From NCBI GenBank assembly GCA_038087875.1, contig CM075978.1, forward strand, positions 102,176,001 through 102,240,000: 64,000 nucleotides of DNA, read 5' to 3'. Shown here one piece after another: positions 36,586 through 50,304 of the stretch; position 1 is the stretch's first letter; each line of letters opens with the position of its first letter. The translations under genes were made by a program, and so were the position numbers. The stretch is from Malacoraja senta. Taxonomy: Eukaryota. A model generated the notes under the pieces. The model was given only the letters and a program-made list of their open reading frames with translations, was not told where the DNA came from and made no database searches.

Positions 36586-38484
36586 TAATGGGTGCATTAT
36601 TGTATCCTGCAGCTTTGCTCCCTTGTTATTGATGAATGGAGACCTCAAGATTGTTCACTCTTCTACATTTATTAAGTGAGAATACTGTGGCATTACAGAC
36701 TGGCAGGAGTTTTTAATTATTAGCATTAAATACATGCCAGCAGCTAAATACAAGTACGTCATGAGTTGTACATTTTGAAAGACATTTGGTTCGTTTAACA
36801 GCTCATCGACCTCAATAATAGATATCTGTATTACCGTTGGCTTCAGTACCTTGATCATCAAACATGATAGCTACGAAAAGCATGGAGAGTGATTTTCTGC
36901 AAGGTTCCCCTGAAAGGCCATCACACCTGGAATTGATTAGCATGCAGAATTGAAGAACACGATTAAAAGTTTTTCTAGACTTTCCACAGTTTATCTTGCC
37001 AGCCATCCTAAACTGTCCCAGCATTTCCAGGTATTAAAAATTAACTACTAGGGTTGGTGTGAGTAATGCAACAGAAAAATCATTGGTGCCAGTAAAAAAT
37101 ATTTTTATGAAAGATCTATTTGAAAATTTCTGCCCAATAATTGTAGAAATGTAGATTATATGAAGTAGAAGTAATTTGACCACATGTATCCATATTTAAA
37201 TTACATCTCATTCTTTCCATTATTATCTATGATGAAGTGTGAACTGAGTACACATTAAAGAATCGTGGGTTAATATTGAAAACGCAAGAGATTACAGATG
37301 CTGGAATCTTGATTTTTTTTTAAAGTGCTGGAAGATCTCAGCGAGTCAGGCAGTGGAGCGATTCTGTGGATGGAAATGGATGGGCGATGTTTTGGGTCGG
37401 GTTCCTTCATCAGATTAATGGAGTAGAGGGGAGAAAGGTGGTATAGAGAAGTGAAGGAAAGTGGTGGCGCAAAATCTGGCAAGTGATAAGCAATTGAGGT
37501 GACAAGCGGTGATTGGCAAATGGGTGTATATAGTAACTAAGGCTGGAGGTGAAATGGAGTCGATGGGCTGCAGATGGAGAATCAGAGAAGAAAGTAAGAG
37601 GAGGTGTAAAATGGAAAACTGGAGTGTGGGGTAGTGGATGGCAGTTAATGGGGAGGGAGGAATAAAAAGAAAAAGGGGACATGAGTGGGGAAGAAGCAGA
37701 AAGGAATTGGGAAACGGGGGTCATGGGAGAAAGGTATGCATACTAGGGGGGGGGGGATAAAAAGAAACCCAGGATAGATGAGAAAGTAGGAGTGAGGGAT
37801 GTGGTTTTAGAAATAGAATAATTTAATATTCATGCTGTTGGGTTGTAGGATACCCAAGGGAAATATAAGCTTTGTTCTTCCAGTTAACTGTTTTTACTCC
37901 CTGCATTTTGTTAATTTACTCATGGGTTAATATTGTTCATTTACCAGATTAACCAATGTATTTGGTCACCATTATATATACTTGAAAACTGGGAATACAA
38001 TAAGTTACAAAACCACCAATAAAGTATAAATGAGTGTGATGGGCCAAAGGGCCTATTTCTATGCAGTGTATCTCTAACCTCATGTGGGCCTTAAATAAAG
38101 ATGTCTCCCTAGGTAAAGTAATACATTTTTCACTTCAAAATGCCATTTCAACTACCCAATGCAATTAGTATGATGCAGATCTAATCAAAAAGAAATAAAA
38201 CCACCTTCAGAATGTAATAACATGAATAATTCATCAGGCACAGCCCCAACTTTGCAATGACATGATTTGTATGAAATGTATTTGATTGTCTTCTGCTCCT
38301 GGAACCATTTGAATTCAGTTGCATAATAGGGCTGGAAATGGTCCACATTCTCCTCATATGGAACAGGGAAGAGAGAGATACGGACCATGTGCCGACAGAT
38401 GGGATTAGTTTAATCTAGCATCATGGTTGGCATTGACATGGTGAGTTGAAGGACCAGCTCCTTTGCTGTACTGTTCTGTGTTCC

Positions 38485-39256
38485 TGTAAATTGCTCGTTC
38501 TAAGCATCCCCCCAGTCTAGTTTCAGTCAAAAACGACTGAATCAAGCACTTGATCAACTAATCTTTATTTTAACAAAACACAATTACAGTTCAACTACCG
38601 TACCTATCCCACTGCGGGTTCAAACCTCGTATCTGCCTGATCAAGCCCTCTAGGCCTCGCTCAAACAGAGACACTCCAGAAGGTCACGCAGTCCCAAGCA
38701 CTCTCCCAGAAGATCGACGCAGGACCTCATGGTAGCGGACCTTTATAGGTCCCTGGTCCTCGAGGGGCCGAACCACATGGGGGTGGTCTCTTTGCAATCG
38801 AATTACAGATATCGATTAACCCCATACATAACAGACATTTCCCTAACCCAATAATACAGCAGCTAATACATTGAATTCAAACAGGGCTTCTCAAGGAAGC
38901 AAACATAGCAACATTTACCCTGATCTGCAAGAAAACCAGACAAGGCTCAATACTGCATCCAATCAACATTCGGCAAAGTGAAACACTGCAACATTATTTA
39001 CAATTATTTACAAGGTGTATGTCTGGTTTGCCGTCATTCAATCCATTCCATGCATTTTGCACATAATTGACAGGGTCTGCAGATGTTCTTATTCTTTTCC
39101 TGCAGCTTGGATCTAGGCTCTAGACAAACTGGCACCACTCTGCAGCTTGTCCCAGTCCCACAGAGAGCACTTTCAAATTGACCAAATCTCCCAGCAGCCC
39201 AGAAGCTTTTACCCCATTTTAGAGTCCTAGCCCCTCCAATCTGGCCAGGATTAACA
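38485..39256 (-). mobile_element. Solo LTR (772 bp), ERV- or Gypsy-type
   Basis: TG...CA termini and 4-bp TSD TTCC. TATAAA (near 38741) and AATAAA (near 38565) lie on the minus strand. Confidence 0.85.
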
Positions 39257-40214
39257 TTCCAAGGTTGCACAGGGAGACTCAATAGTGGAGTGGTACTGCA
39301 GGCCATTTGTGTTTGTAGCTATCTTCAGTGAGGAATTAGCAGATTCTGAAAATAAATCAATTCACAGTAATAATGAAGGGTGGGTGGGTCTAAATAATGA
39401 GAAGACAGAGTTTAACTCAAAATAATGAAGATAACAAATTGGAGGTCATTTTTAAAGACAAAAGTTACAACTTACCGGTAATATGGTATTCTTTTCTCCT
39501 CAATTTCACGGTGTTGCCATTTTTTGTGATTGATATTATGGCCCCACCCACGACTCAGCCATCCTTTTGTAAGATGGACTCACCTCAGCCCTCAAACTCA
39601 CATTGGACAATTATAGAGTCATAGAGTTATACAGTGTAAAATAGGCCCTTTGGGCCACCAAGATTGGTGTTGACCATCATGTTTCTCTATACTAATCCTA
39701 TTTACCTGCAATAATTCCATATCCACCTATGCTTTCCTCATTCAGATGCTTTTTAAATGTTGTACTGCTATTCCTCTGGTAATTCAGTCCAGATACCATC
39801 TACTTTTTGTGAAAAATGTGCTCTTCAGATACCCTTTAACACTTCTGCTCCTGAAAAGGGACTCTTGACTATCTACCTTATCATAATTTTATACATCTCA
39901 AACATATTGCCTCAGACTACTTTGCTCTAGGGAAAATAGAGTCTCAGCCTGTTTAATCTCATTTTATAACTCATGAGGCAACATCATTTTAGGACTCATG
40001 AGCTAACCAGGCAACATCCTTCTACATTGTTCTGCATCTCCTCTAGCTTAATCACATAATTCCTGTAGTGTGCTAATTAGAACTTACCAATGTTTTGTAC
40101 AACTGTAAAATGTAGTTTTAACTGTTGTGTTCAATACCTCAGCTGACGATAATAAGCTTGCCAAATGCCTTCTTCATTATTTTTCCTACCTATGTTGCCA
40201 CTTTTAGGGAACTA

Positions 40215-41503
40215 CCAGACTAAGTGGGACCCATTGGGTCTCAGGTTCACATGGGAGAGCTGGTCCCCCAACGCAATATTCCACCTCTCCACCAATTCCA
40301 ATATTGGTGGCTAGTTGGGGGGGGAGGGGGGTTCTGGAGCACTAGCATGGGTGTTGTGGGTCAAGTCAAGTCAAGCACAGTGAGTGCATAGCCAACAATC
40401 CATTTTAATCCATTTCATGTCAAGTCAATCCATTTCAAGTCAAGTCAAGTCAAGCACAGGGCAGGTGGGGCCAGCCAACAATACAACCCATTTGCTTTAA
40501 TTTCAGGTGAGGTCAAGCAAAGCAAAGGCAAAGCAAAAGCAAAAGCACGGGGCAGGCAGGGCCAGCCAACAATACAATCCATTTGCTTTCATTTCAGGTG
40601 AGGTCAAGCAAAGCAAAGGCAAAGCAAAAGCACAGGGCAGGCCAGACAACTCATTGCATTTCATTAAGGGCTAACAAATAATTTATTGCAAGCACATTAA
40701 GGGTTAACAAATCATCATTCATTGCAAGCACTGCTGGCTAACAAATCATTTATTACAAGCACATTAAGGGTTAACAAATGATCATTCATTGCAAGCACAT
40801 TACTGGCTAACAAATCATTTATTGAAAGCACATTAAGGGTTAACAAATCATCATTAATTGCAAGCACATTGTTGGCTAACAAATCATTTATTGCAGGCAC
40901 ATTAAGGGTTAATAAATCATTCATTGCAAGCACATTGCTGGCTAACAAATCATTTATTGCAAGCACATTAAGGGTTAACAAATCATCATTCATTGCAAGC
41001 ACATTGCTGGCTAACAAATCATTTATTGCAAGCACATTAAGGGTTAACAAATCATCATTCATTGCAAGCACATTGCTGGCTAACAAATCATTTATTGCAA
41101 GCACATGAAGGGTTAACCACATAAAGCACATAAAGGGTAGATTCACAGTTCAGTAGACTCACATCAGAATCAGAGTTGTGGCCTCTCCCTCGCGATCTTC
41201 CAGAGTGACTGACTCATGTCCAGGCATCTGGGGTGTTATAGTCCTGCCCCCCCCCCCGGAAGGGGTGTTACCTTCATCATGTTGATTGACAGGTGAAAGG
41301 ATCAATCAGTTGATCTCAAGATTTTTTTAACATTCATAACTTTTTTAATTTTCATCGATCGGAAAAATCCTCAGGGCTGCCTCAGCGGAGGAGGACTGTG
41401 AGTAAGATGGCCAAAATCATAGCGATATATGGTAGCGTTTTTTCTAAAATCAATATACAGCGCAGACAGGAAGTGGTCAAGATGAGACTTTTAGCTATAT
41501 AGA
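40215..41503 (-). mobile_element. Non-autonomous Helitron-like element 4 (complete termini), inserted in a CR1 fragment
   Basis: Minus strand: A|TCTATATAGCTAAAAGTCTCATCTTGACCACTTCCTGT ... GAGACCCAATGGGTCCCACTTAGTCTGG|T (CTRR end). Confidence 0.85.
40655..41120 (+). repeat. Higher-order minisatellite (about 69-bp dimer of two related 33-36-bp units) inside Helitron 4
   Basis: Alternating ttgcaagcacattaagggttaacaaatcatcatt and ttgcaagcacattgctggctaacaaatcattt units. Confidence 0.88.
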
Positions 41504-42242
41504 TAGATATACATGGTCTATCTGTTCAACAACACTCTACAGGACCTTATGTATATCCTACCCTGCTTTAACTTCCCAAAATATGTCACTTTGGAACTGG
41601 TCATGAACATCCTGTTGTAACATTAGTCAACCTTCTTCACAGTCCATCACCACCATTTTGTTGTAATCTACAAAGTAACTAATCAAGACCATCTACCTTT
41701 TTATCCAAAACATTAGCAAACAGCAGGTAAGTAGTATTGATCCCTGGGGCACTGGTCATGGGCCTCCATTCTGAATAACAACCCTTCACATCCATTTCTG
41801 CCTCCTACCACCAAGCTAATTTAGTATCCAGTTGGCTATCTCATTGACTTACTGCAAGATAGTTAAATAAATTGGTCTGAGCATCATTATCTTCAATTGC
41901 TTACCAAGCGGAATAATGTTGTTACCAAACTCTGTTTTCTAATTCATGCCCAGTCCTAATGATAACCTTTGTTAAGACTTTATTTCTTTCAGTCCAGGGC
42001 CAGACCAACATAGCTAAGGTAGCCAAGTCAACAACAACTGTAAATGTGAATATTTAAAAGCTGATTGAACCCCTCATTAACAATAGACTTTCAATAGGCC
42101 TTTACTTCCTGGTTTATCGATTGTAATAAAATGATGTGATTTTTGTACTATTTATTACCTGACTATTGGGCACCACTTCAAAATAAGGTGGTAAACCATA
42201 ATACAGTATATGAATTTTCAATGTCTATAATTTTGTTTAAAG

Positions 42243-42445
42243 GAACCGTGTTCAGCCACTCTGGACTATGCTGAAAAAAGACTAGACAAAACTATTCTGA
42301 AAGGGCTTCGCTGGCTCTTGCGTGCTATCGCCAAAGACTACAACAATTTGTGCACACGAGTGCACGATGATACCATGCTACCAAAGATCAAAGTAAAGGA
42401 AAAATGCGAGGAAACACACCCATTATGTAGCATACAAGGAGAAAG
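42243..42445 (+). CDS. ARL13A: ARL13A coding exon 5, G5 motif (EPCSATLDY...GLRWLLRAIAKDYNNLCTRVHDD...GER)
   Basis: AG acceptor at 42241-42242 and AG|GTAAAA donor; 203 nt, open frame. EPCSA and GLRWLL are ARL13 motifs, and GLRWLL favours the A paralogue. Confidence 0.92.
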
Positions 42446-42539
42446 GTAAAAATATCTTGAGTTAGCATGGCATAATTAGATCCTTCATTTAGGAGTTTGA
42501 CCAGCCAACTTCTACTCCAGAGACGAGAGTACAATTTAT

Positions 42540-42800
42540 ATGTTGGTACTTCAGTGCTATACTAAAAGAGTGATAGACTGCACATGCATTTGGATAAGAT
42601 GTTAAGTTGTGGTTCTGTGTGCTCTCTTGGAGTAAATAAATGATTTCACTGGATTATTTAAGGAGCAGGAGAGTTCTCCTAGTATTCTGACCTACATTTA
42701 TCCCTTGACCTATATTGCAAAATACCAAGAAATCTGCTCATTTATTGCAATCCTATTTGTGGTATTTTGTCATGTCACAACAGACTGTTGTCTTTCATAG
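42540..42800 (+). mobile_element. Old Deu-domain SINE-like fragment
   Basis: gagttctcctagtattctgacctacatttatccct...atttgtggtattttgtc resembles the DeuSINE core as I recall it; degenerate. Confidence 0.45.
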
Positions 42801-45490
42801 AGTTAGTGTAGAAGGAGACCATTTGTTCTTTATTTAGCAATGCATTTCTTGGCTCTATTCCTGTAAACCAGATTTTGTTTTTTCCATCTAATACTGTCGA
42901 ATTCCTATTTGAAAGCCATGATTATTTCTGGTTCCACCACCTTTCCATTTCCCATCACAGCCACTTGCTGTATGAGACGGTTTCCTGTATGTTTGCTTCA
43001 GGCTTTTGTTTGCCAGGCACTTAAAATCTATACTGTCTGGTTCACAAACCATCCACCAAAGAAGTAATTTATTTTTATTTATCTTTCTAAACTTTTCATG
43101 GTACAATTAAGTTTTCGCTGCTTGAACAATCTCAATCTATGCAAAATAACTGAAATGCTTCATTCCAGGAATCATTAAGTACTTTACACACTTCCAATAT
43201 TATGGATTGTTAAAGAAGGAACTGCAGATGCTGGAAAATCGAAGGTACACAAAAAAGCTGGAGAAACTCAGCGGGTGCAGCAGCATCTATGGAGCTCCAA
43301 TATTATGGAGCTTGACACCAGTTGCAACCGAACTGTGTTTCATATGTTATATCAATGACTACAGAGTCCTGGGATCTTGAAAGACGCTATAAATGCAAAC
43401 TCTTTACTTTTTAACAGTCAGACATGAAAACTGTTCATTCCTACTGACTGCATGGAGGCTCACTCACCTCTCTGTTAATAACGTAATTGAGCATGGAAAC
43501 AGGTCATTCAGCCCAGTTTGTTCATGCCAACTAAAATGCCCCATCTAAGCTAGTCCCATTTGCCCTCGTTTGTCCATATTCCTCTAAACCTTTCCTGTCC
43601 ATGTACCTCGAATAGTACTCATAGTACAGTCTCACCAGCGCCTTGCTCAACTATAGCACAAAGATCCAACTTTTATATTTAATTCCCTCACTGATGAAGG
43701 CCAGCATGCTAAACATCTTTATCACCATCCTATCTACCTGTGATACCACTTTCAGGGAACAATGCACATAGAACATAGATCATTACAGCACAGAAATGGG
43801 ACCTTTGGCCCACAATGTTTGTGCTGAACATGATGCCAAGTTAAACTGATCTCATGAAAATGCTGGAAATACTTGACAGATCAGATCACATTTGAAGGAA
43901 GAGCAACAGAGTCAATGTTTCAACCTTTCTCAGAACAGAAATGGGACCAAAGAAGCTTGTAAAGATGCAGGAAGAGTGGGGGAGGAGAATGTCTCTAAAA
44001 GGGTAAAACGGGTTGACCATGGGAATAAGCTGTAAACAAGGTTATCTCATCAATGAGTGAATGGGAGCAGTTAGATGGTGATCACATAATCAAGTGAAGC
44101 CATAGAAAAGAACGTGCAAATTGCAATGCAAAGAATAAAATGTGGGAGCTCCATCTGCTGGTCACCACTCTATGAGCAAGTTTCCACATTCCATGTTAAG
44201 AAAATACAGAAACATATTCCCTGGAAGCTTAATACTTGCATGAATAGTAAATGTTATCAATCACAATCACACAATCAATCACAATAATACTTTATTAGAC
44301 AAGTATGTTTTGCAACATACAAGGAATTTCATTTGCCAAGTCAGTCATACAAATAAAAAGCAACGGAACACACAAAATACATTTTAGCATAAACATCTAC
44401 CACAGTGACTCCTCCACATTCCTCACTGTGATGGAAGGCGAAAAAAAAGTTCAAATCTCTTCCCTTCTTTGCTCTCCCTTGGTCGGGGGCCTCAAGCCCT
44501 CCGTTGATGGGACAATCATGACTCCCATAGCCGGTGGCGTTTGGCCCCCCCGCATCGGGGTGATCAGTTCCTGCATCGGGGGGCATGTCAGCTCCCTCGC
44601 GCCAGGCGATTGAACCCCGCGTCGGGGCTGGTCGAATCTCTGCGTCGTTGGAGCTCCCGACTAGCCTCTCCCAAGAATGCGAGCTCCCGATGTAAAGTCC
44701 GCAGGCCACGGTTGGAGCAATCCCAGGCAAGGGATGTTAAGTCCACGCCCGCGATGGAGCTCAAGTCAGTCGTTATTTTTGTTGCGTATCACATGAACAA
44801 GCAGGAGTAAGAATTGCTTTGAGTTATCTTGTATTATAGCTTATCTTGGGCTGGAGATCCCATGCTTTGCAGAAAAAGTGTATGCTTTGAACTATTATTG
44901 GTATAAGTAAATCCATTTATGCTTATGCCATGTGACGCAAATGCATGCTTCAGGGAATTGAAGATGACCTTTTTCCCATTTTATGATTTTGTTTTGCACC
45001 ACATTATAAGGATGACCAATAACAAAAATAATCTGATTGGTACCTTCAATTGGCTTTTGCAGAGATGGCAATCTACATTTGAATTATTATTAGTAAGAAT
45101 AAATATCCACAGGTTATGTCCTCATGTGACTCAAATGTATGAGTGATTTTTATTTCTTCCATTTCTTATTTCATGGCTTTTCCCCTGTCAGACGATCCAT
45201 TCCAGGTCCCCCAAAAAATCCTTCTGTGTAAGCTGCCACTTTGGGGAAAAGGAGGACTACAATTTTTCCTCTCTTCTGACGGGTAGGCAGCTTCATTTCA
45301 CTGCAGCAAACACAGTGAAAGGAGAGCCAGGGTTGTGGTGGATGAAGCATCCAATTGTCATTGGCATTTGTTGCTAGTTTACTGAACACCCATACCAACC
45401 AATCAAACAGCCGTGTCCTCCTTCTCCAATAGTTTAATAATGAACAAATAACAATGCATTAAGAAAGTGATTAAAAACATACAAACCCAA

Positions 45491-45995
45491 TGGACCTGTC
45501 CCACTTAGGTGACTTTTTAGGCGACTGCAGGAGACTCTGCGGTCGCCACATGGTTGCCACATGTTCGCAGGTGGTTGTCAGGTAGTCGCCTTCATGGTCG
45601 TGAGGAGTTCCCGCTTTCTGAGAACTAGTCGCGGCCTAAGCATGTTGAAAAATTAGCAGCGACTAGAATGAAGCCACCATGGAGCGTAGCAAGAATTCTC
45701 GTGCCATAGGTGGGTCGCCAGGAGGTCCTAGTGGGTTGCCAGGTGGTCGAAGGTTCTCGTAGGTTCTCGTAGGTTGTAGCCGGTGCTGACCGGTGAATTG
45801 GGGGAAAAAAAACGTAAGCAGTAGTTTTCAGAACCAAGGATAACCGACCAGTAATGTTAATGTCTGCCGAGCTTCATAGCCCTGTATGTCTGGCTTCTTA
45901 AAAGTTGTCTCCACTCCTGCTCCCTCCTTCTCCCCCCCTTCCACCCCTCATCCCCTCTCCCCCCCCTCTCTTAAATGACTTACCATACACTGTAC
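45491..45995. mobile_element. MITE-like DNA transposon, left part, same family as 1-591
   Basis: Starts TGGACCTGTCCCACTT and is colinear with 1-370. Truncated by the adjacent GC-rich retroelement. Confidence 0.7.
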
Positions 45996-46938
45996 ACTGA
46001 TCGAAGCTCCTGCAGCCGGCGGTCGAAGCCCCCACGTCTTGGTAATCAAAGCTCCCACGTCGGAGCGATCGAAGCTCCCACGTCGGGGTGGTCGAAGCTC
46101 CTGCAGCCTGGATTTCCCGAAGTCGGTCTCTGACCAGAGACCGCGAGCACCGCGATGTTAAAGTCCGCAGGCACCTGCGGTGGAGCTCAGAGGTCGATCC
46201 CTGGCAAAGGCATCGTGGGCTCCACGATGTTAAAGTCCCGTAGCCTCCCCGCAGTGGAGTTCTCGAAATCGGTCTCCAGCAAAGACCGCCAACTCCTCGA
46301 TGTTAGGCCGCAGTGCAGACAGAAATACGATACATGATACAAGATACAAGATACGGAAAATAAATCGCATCTCTGTCGAGGTAAGAGATTAGAAAAAGTT
46401 TCCCCCAACCCCCTCCCCCACCCCCTACATAAAACAAGCTAAAGAATGCTAGAGAAAGGGACAGACAGGCTGTTGGCGAGGCAGCCATTGCTGGCGCCAC
46501 CCAGTGGAACAAAAGCAGAGAGCAAGGATAGGAATTGCCAACTCTAAATTTTAGGATGATATTTAGCAAGGTACATACAGTATCTGACAGAGGCAGCCAA
46601 GAACTCTCCATCTCTTGCTATAAATCCTTTGGTAGGTTTTGAGTCAGGCACATACAAAAATAGTCTTTACTGTAAACTAACTCTGAGTACAATCTATTGG
46701 AAGTTAAAGCTGTGAAAAAAAAAATTCCTTCTGCACTGATCATTGCAGAAGAGTAAAGGAAGGAAGTGCAAAAATTTGAAAAGTCCATCATATTTTATTT
46801 TGGGGCAATCCACTGTTGGTGCATAATATAGTGCACTGCATAGTATTTAATCTGTGGCTTTTATTAGCTTGGATTATATAATAATCTTTGAGGAACATTC
46901 TGTGGAATATCAAATATAATACTAATTCTATTTTATAG

Positions 46939-47059
46939 AAAAAGGCACACCAGAGTTGGTTTAGAGAAACAAAATAGTCACCATCTGAAAGATATTGAAG
47001 ACACAACTCAGGCAAAGATTAACTCATCTAAGCGGTTAAGTAATGTCATCAATGCTCAG
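46939..47059 (+). CDS. ARL13A: ARL13A coding exon 6 (KRHTRVGLEKQ...SNVINAQ)
   Basis: ttttatAG acceptor and CAG|GTATGA donor; 121 nt. Phase 2 to 0 bridges exons 5 and 7 exactly, but sequence homology is weak. Confidence 0.72.
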
Positions 47060-49635
47060 GTATGAAAATAAAAAAATGATTATTTACTGTACAGACCTTT
47101 CATTTTTTCACCTAGCATTGTTAATTAATGTGTGCTTAATCTTGCTTGACCCCACTTTGCCATAAGTTTATTCATTCGGCTAATCCTGCCAGTGCAGTCA
47201 TTTTTTAAAGAATCTCTGTGGAACTAAACAAATGTGAGGCAAAATGGTACACCAGTGCTGACTAAACATTAGCTGGCAGAACCTGAAACCTTGCTTCCTA
47301 CATCATCCCAATTGCCTTCTAGCAGCTCATGATGTCAAAGGCCTTTTCAATGTCTCTGATTGTGAGTCCATGGGTAGTGCAAGAGGTCAGATGTGCCAGA
47401 ACGTGATGTCCAATCTTGATTTTGATGTGGTAATGAATAGACACAGAAGTCAGGAATATGCATGCCCACACACGGCAGCTAGCCAATAATACCCACACAA
47501 GGCAGCCACCCCAAGCCATCTCTATGACATAATCTTGTGTTATCTTGACGTTTATGTATTTGGCATGCTACTGTAATTAAGTTAGTCAGTTTGCATGAAA
47601 TCAACAATTCTGTGACAGACTAGGCTGTTCAAGAGTCACAGGCAAGTCTTAATGGTACAATCGGGCACCCTCTTACCTCACTTTATCTATAGGCATTACC
47701 TTCTATTTGCTTCCTCTTTATGTGTTTATCCACCTTTTTCGTAGGCATTTCTCAAACATTTTTGAGTAAAGAAGTTTTCCTTAAATTCTCTATTGTACTC
47801 ATGATACCTAGTTTTGATTTCTCCTCAATTCTAATGTCATAAAGAAACTAATCTGGTCCAATATGCCAATGCCAAGTTTTAAAAAAAGAACTATCCAGTT
47901 ATCCTATCCTTCTCTTGAATATTTCAAGTATTATTCCAATTTCCTTTTGTAAGAGATTGGGACTGTTTCTATCAGGCTCTCGGCAAGTTGTTCATTGGAA
48001 CTGCCTTATCCTTTTTATCCTTCCACAACCTTGGTTTCATCCTATCAGTAATATCCCCTTTATCCTATCCATCCCACCCCCATTCTCTCTCTAACTTAAA
48101 TTTTATTTGTTTATTCACTTTCAACATTGACCTAAAATGTTAACTCTTTTTATCCTTCTTCAAATGTTATCTAATCTGCTGCATGTTTCCTGCATTATCT
48201 ATTTTAATTTCAAGTAGTTTTAATGTCTGATACCAGACACCCAATACATTCACTCTCTTCCAGGTTCTGCTCATCAGAATTCCTGGCCCGTAACTACTTA
48301 ATTTGGAGACGTAGTACTCAGGATTACATTGAGTTTCAGGTCCATTTGTCTGGAACACACAAAAGCCCACTGTAAACTGCAAAAGGATTGCATCATCTCC
48401 CAAACTACCCACTCAACTAGCCCATCAAACATCTGCTGTCCCATTTGTAGCAGACTATACATTACCCTCATCAGCCACCTCTGAAGTGGAATCAAATCAT
48501 CCTCCATCCCAAGGGACTGTTTAAGAAGAAGAAGACCTCTGCAGAGAACTTCCTAAAGTTTGCCTTAACCAAACTGAGTCTGTATTTCTTCTACTCTTCT
48601 CATGTTTTTTTTTTAAATGTTCCATATTTAATTTTTATACTTTCAATGGTCTTTTAAAATATCACTTCTCAATTAATTTGTTTCAAATGTGTCTCATGTT
48701 CCTTTAATAATCCTTCAGAATTCAGTCTCTACTGGCCACAATCCATCATTTTTTCCAGAGCATCACCACAACTTAAACATTCTAGATACAATTGTTTTAT
48801 GATTATTTATTCTCAAAGCATTCTTTGAGAAGATTGACTGAATGAATGAATGCATATCTTATCCTCAGAATTTACTGGCACTTAACAATCCTTACTTAAA
48901 ATACAACATTAATGAAAATATATATCTTATTTCTAAACTTAACATTTACTCTATAATAAGCATATTATTGTCATGGTGCAAATACACTGTGAAATTACTG
49001 GCAGCAGGCTTAGCAGTAATTTTTGAAATGAAATTGGATATTTATGATGAAAGTTACAGAGGAAAGAACAAATCAATAAGACTAATTGTGGATCTCTTTC
49101 AGAAAAATAGGACAAGCACAGTAGGCTACATAACCTTGTTTTGTGTTGTTTGAGTCAATAATATTCACCCTAAGGTTCCTTACAGAAATTAAACAGTTGA
49201 ATGCCTATACACCACTGCATTTTGTTCTTGTGCAACCATTAGTCTGCTGGAAGGAAATGCTAAGTGGAAATCATGTGCTTTTCATTCAGCAGGAGGAGTA
49301 ATAGAGCACTGTTCTTCCACATCATTTATTAGGTGAAAGGATTAAGAATTCAGAGGAGCCACCCCTTCTACCCTGATAATCTATGTCACAAACCTGAAAA
49401 AATGCATAAATGTAAAATGAATCATTTATTTTAAAAAGGAGGCTTATTTTTTCATCTCCAATTATGTTCATATTTTCACCGTTCATGTCGGTATACATAA
49501 ATGTCATGTAAATTCATTTTATTGATTTACGTACCTGTATTCAACTTGTAACTGTACTCTAACAGGAACATATTCTTCTGCTGATGCCATGGTGAAACTG
49601 TAATTCTATATAATTCTCCTTTGTTATTGTAACAG

Positions 49636-49894
49636 AATGAAGAAAAAATCAAGAATGCTTTCGTGACCAAGAAAAAAAAGAAGAAAATCAGGTTTTCTGG
49701 TGGCAATCTGAGTTTATCTCGAACAAAGAGGCTGATGAGTGGAAACACTTCTTCCTCAGACACAACTAACAATACTATTGTATCCAGCAAAGGGAGGAAT
49801 GAGAGGGATAGAAGTATCATTCAGTTAGTTCATTCTCACCAAGCAGAAAATAAAACACTGATGCCAAACTCTGAGAACACAGAAGCTATTAAAG
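49636..49894 (+). CDS. ARL13A: ARL13A coding exon 7 (NEEKIKNAFVTKKKKKKIRF...NTEAIK)
   Basis: aacAG acceptor and G|GTAAAA donor; 259 nt open, phase 0 to 1. Begins NE like the equivalent ARL13B exon. Confidence 0.75.
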
Positions 49895-50304
49895 GTAAAA
49901 TGATGTCCCTAGCTTGTTGCATATTTGAAATGCAGTAAGAAATGAATTTCATAGAATAGGACACAAATTTCCCTTTGATATGAGAAATCTTAAATGAATG
50001 GCATTAAAGATAACCACAAAATCAATCTGAATCCATCTGGCAAAATTTTATAGCATAAAATGTTACTTAATAAGTGATTTGGATGTATTCTCCTTTGGAA
50101 TTTGATCCACTGGAAATGTGAGGTCGTTTGTTACAATATATAAGCTTGTGTTGATATTGATTTATTCTATATAATTTCCTCACTTTTCATTTTTTGTGCG
50201 AAGCATTAATGATCCTTAACCAAAGTCACAAATGGCATTTTCCATGATTTGCAAAGTTCTGTACAACCCTTCCCCAGATTTTTCAATATTTTTGCAGATT
50301 TTTG

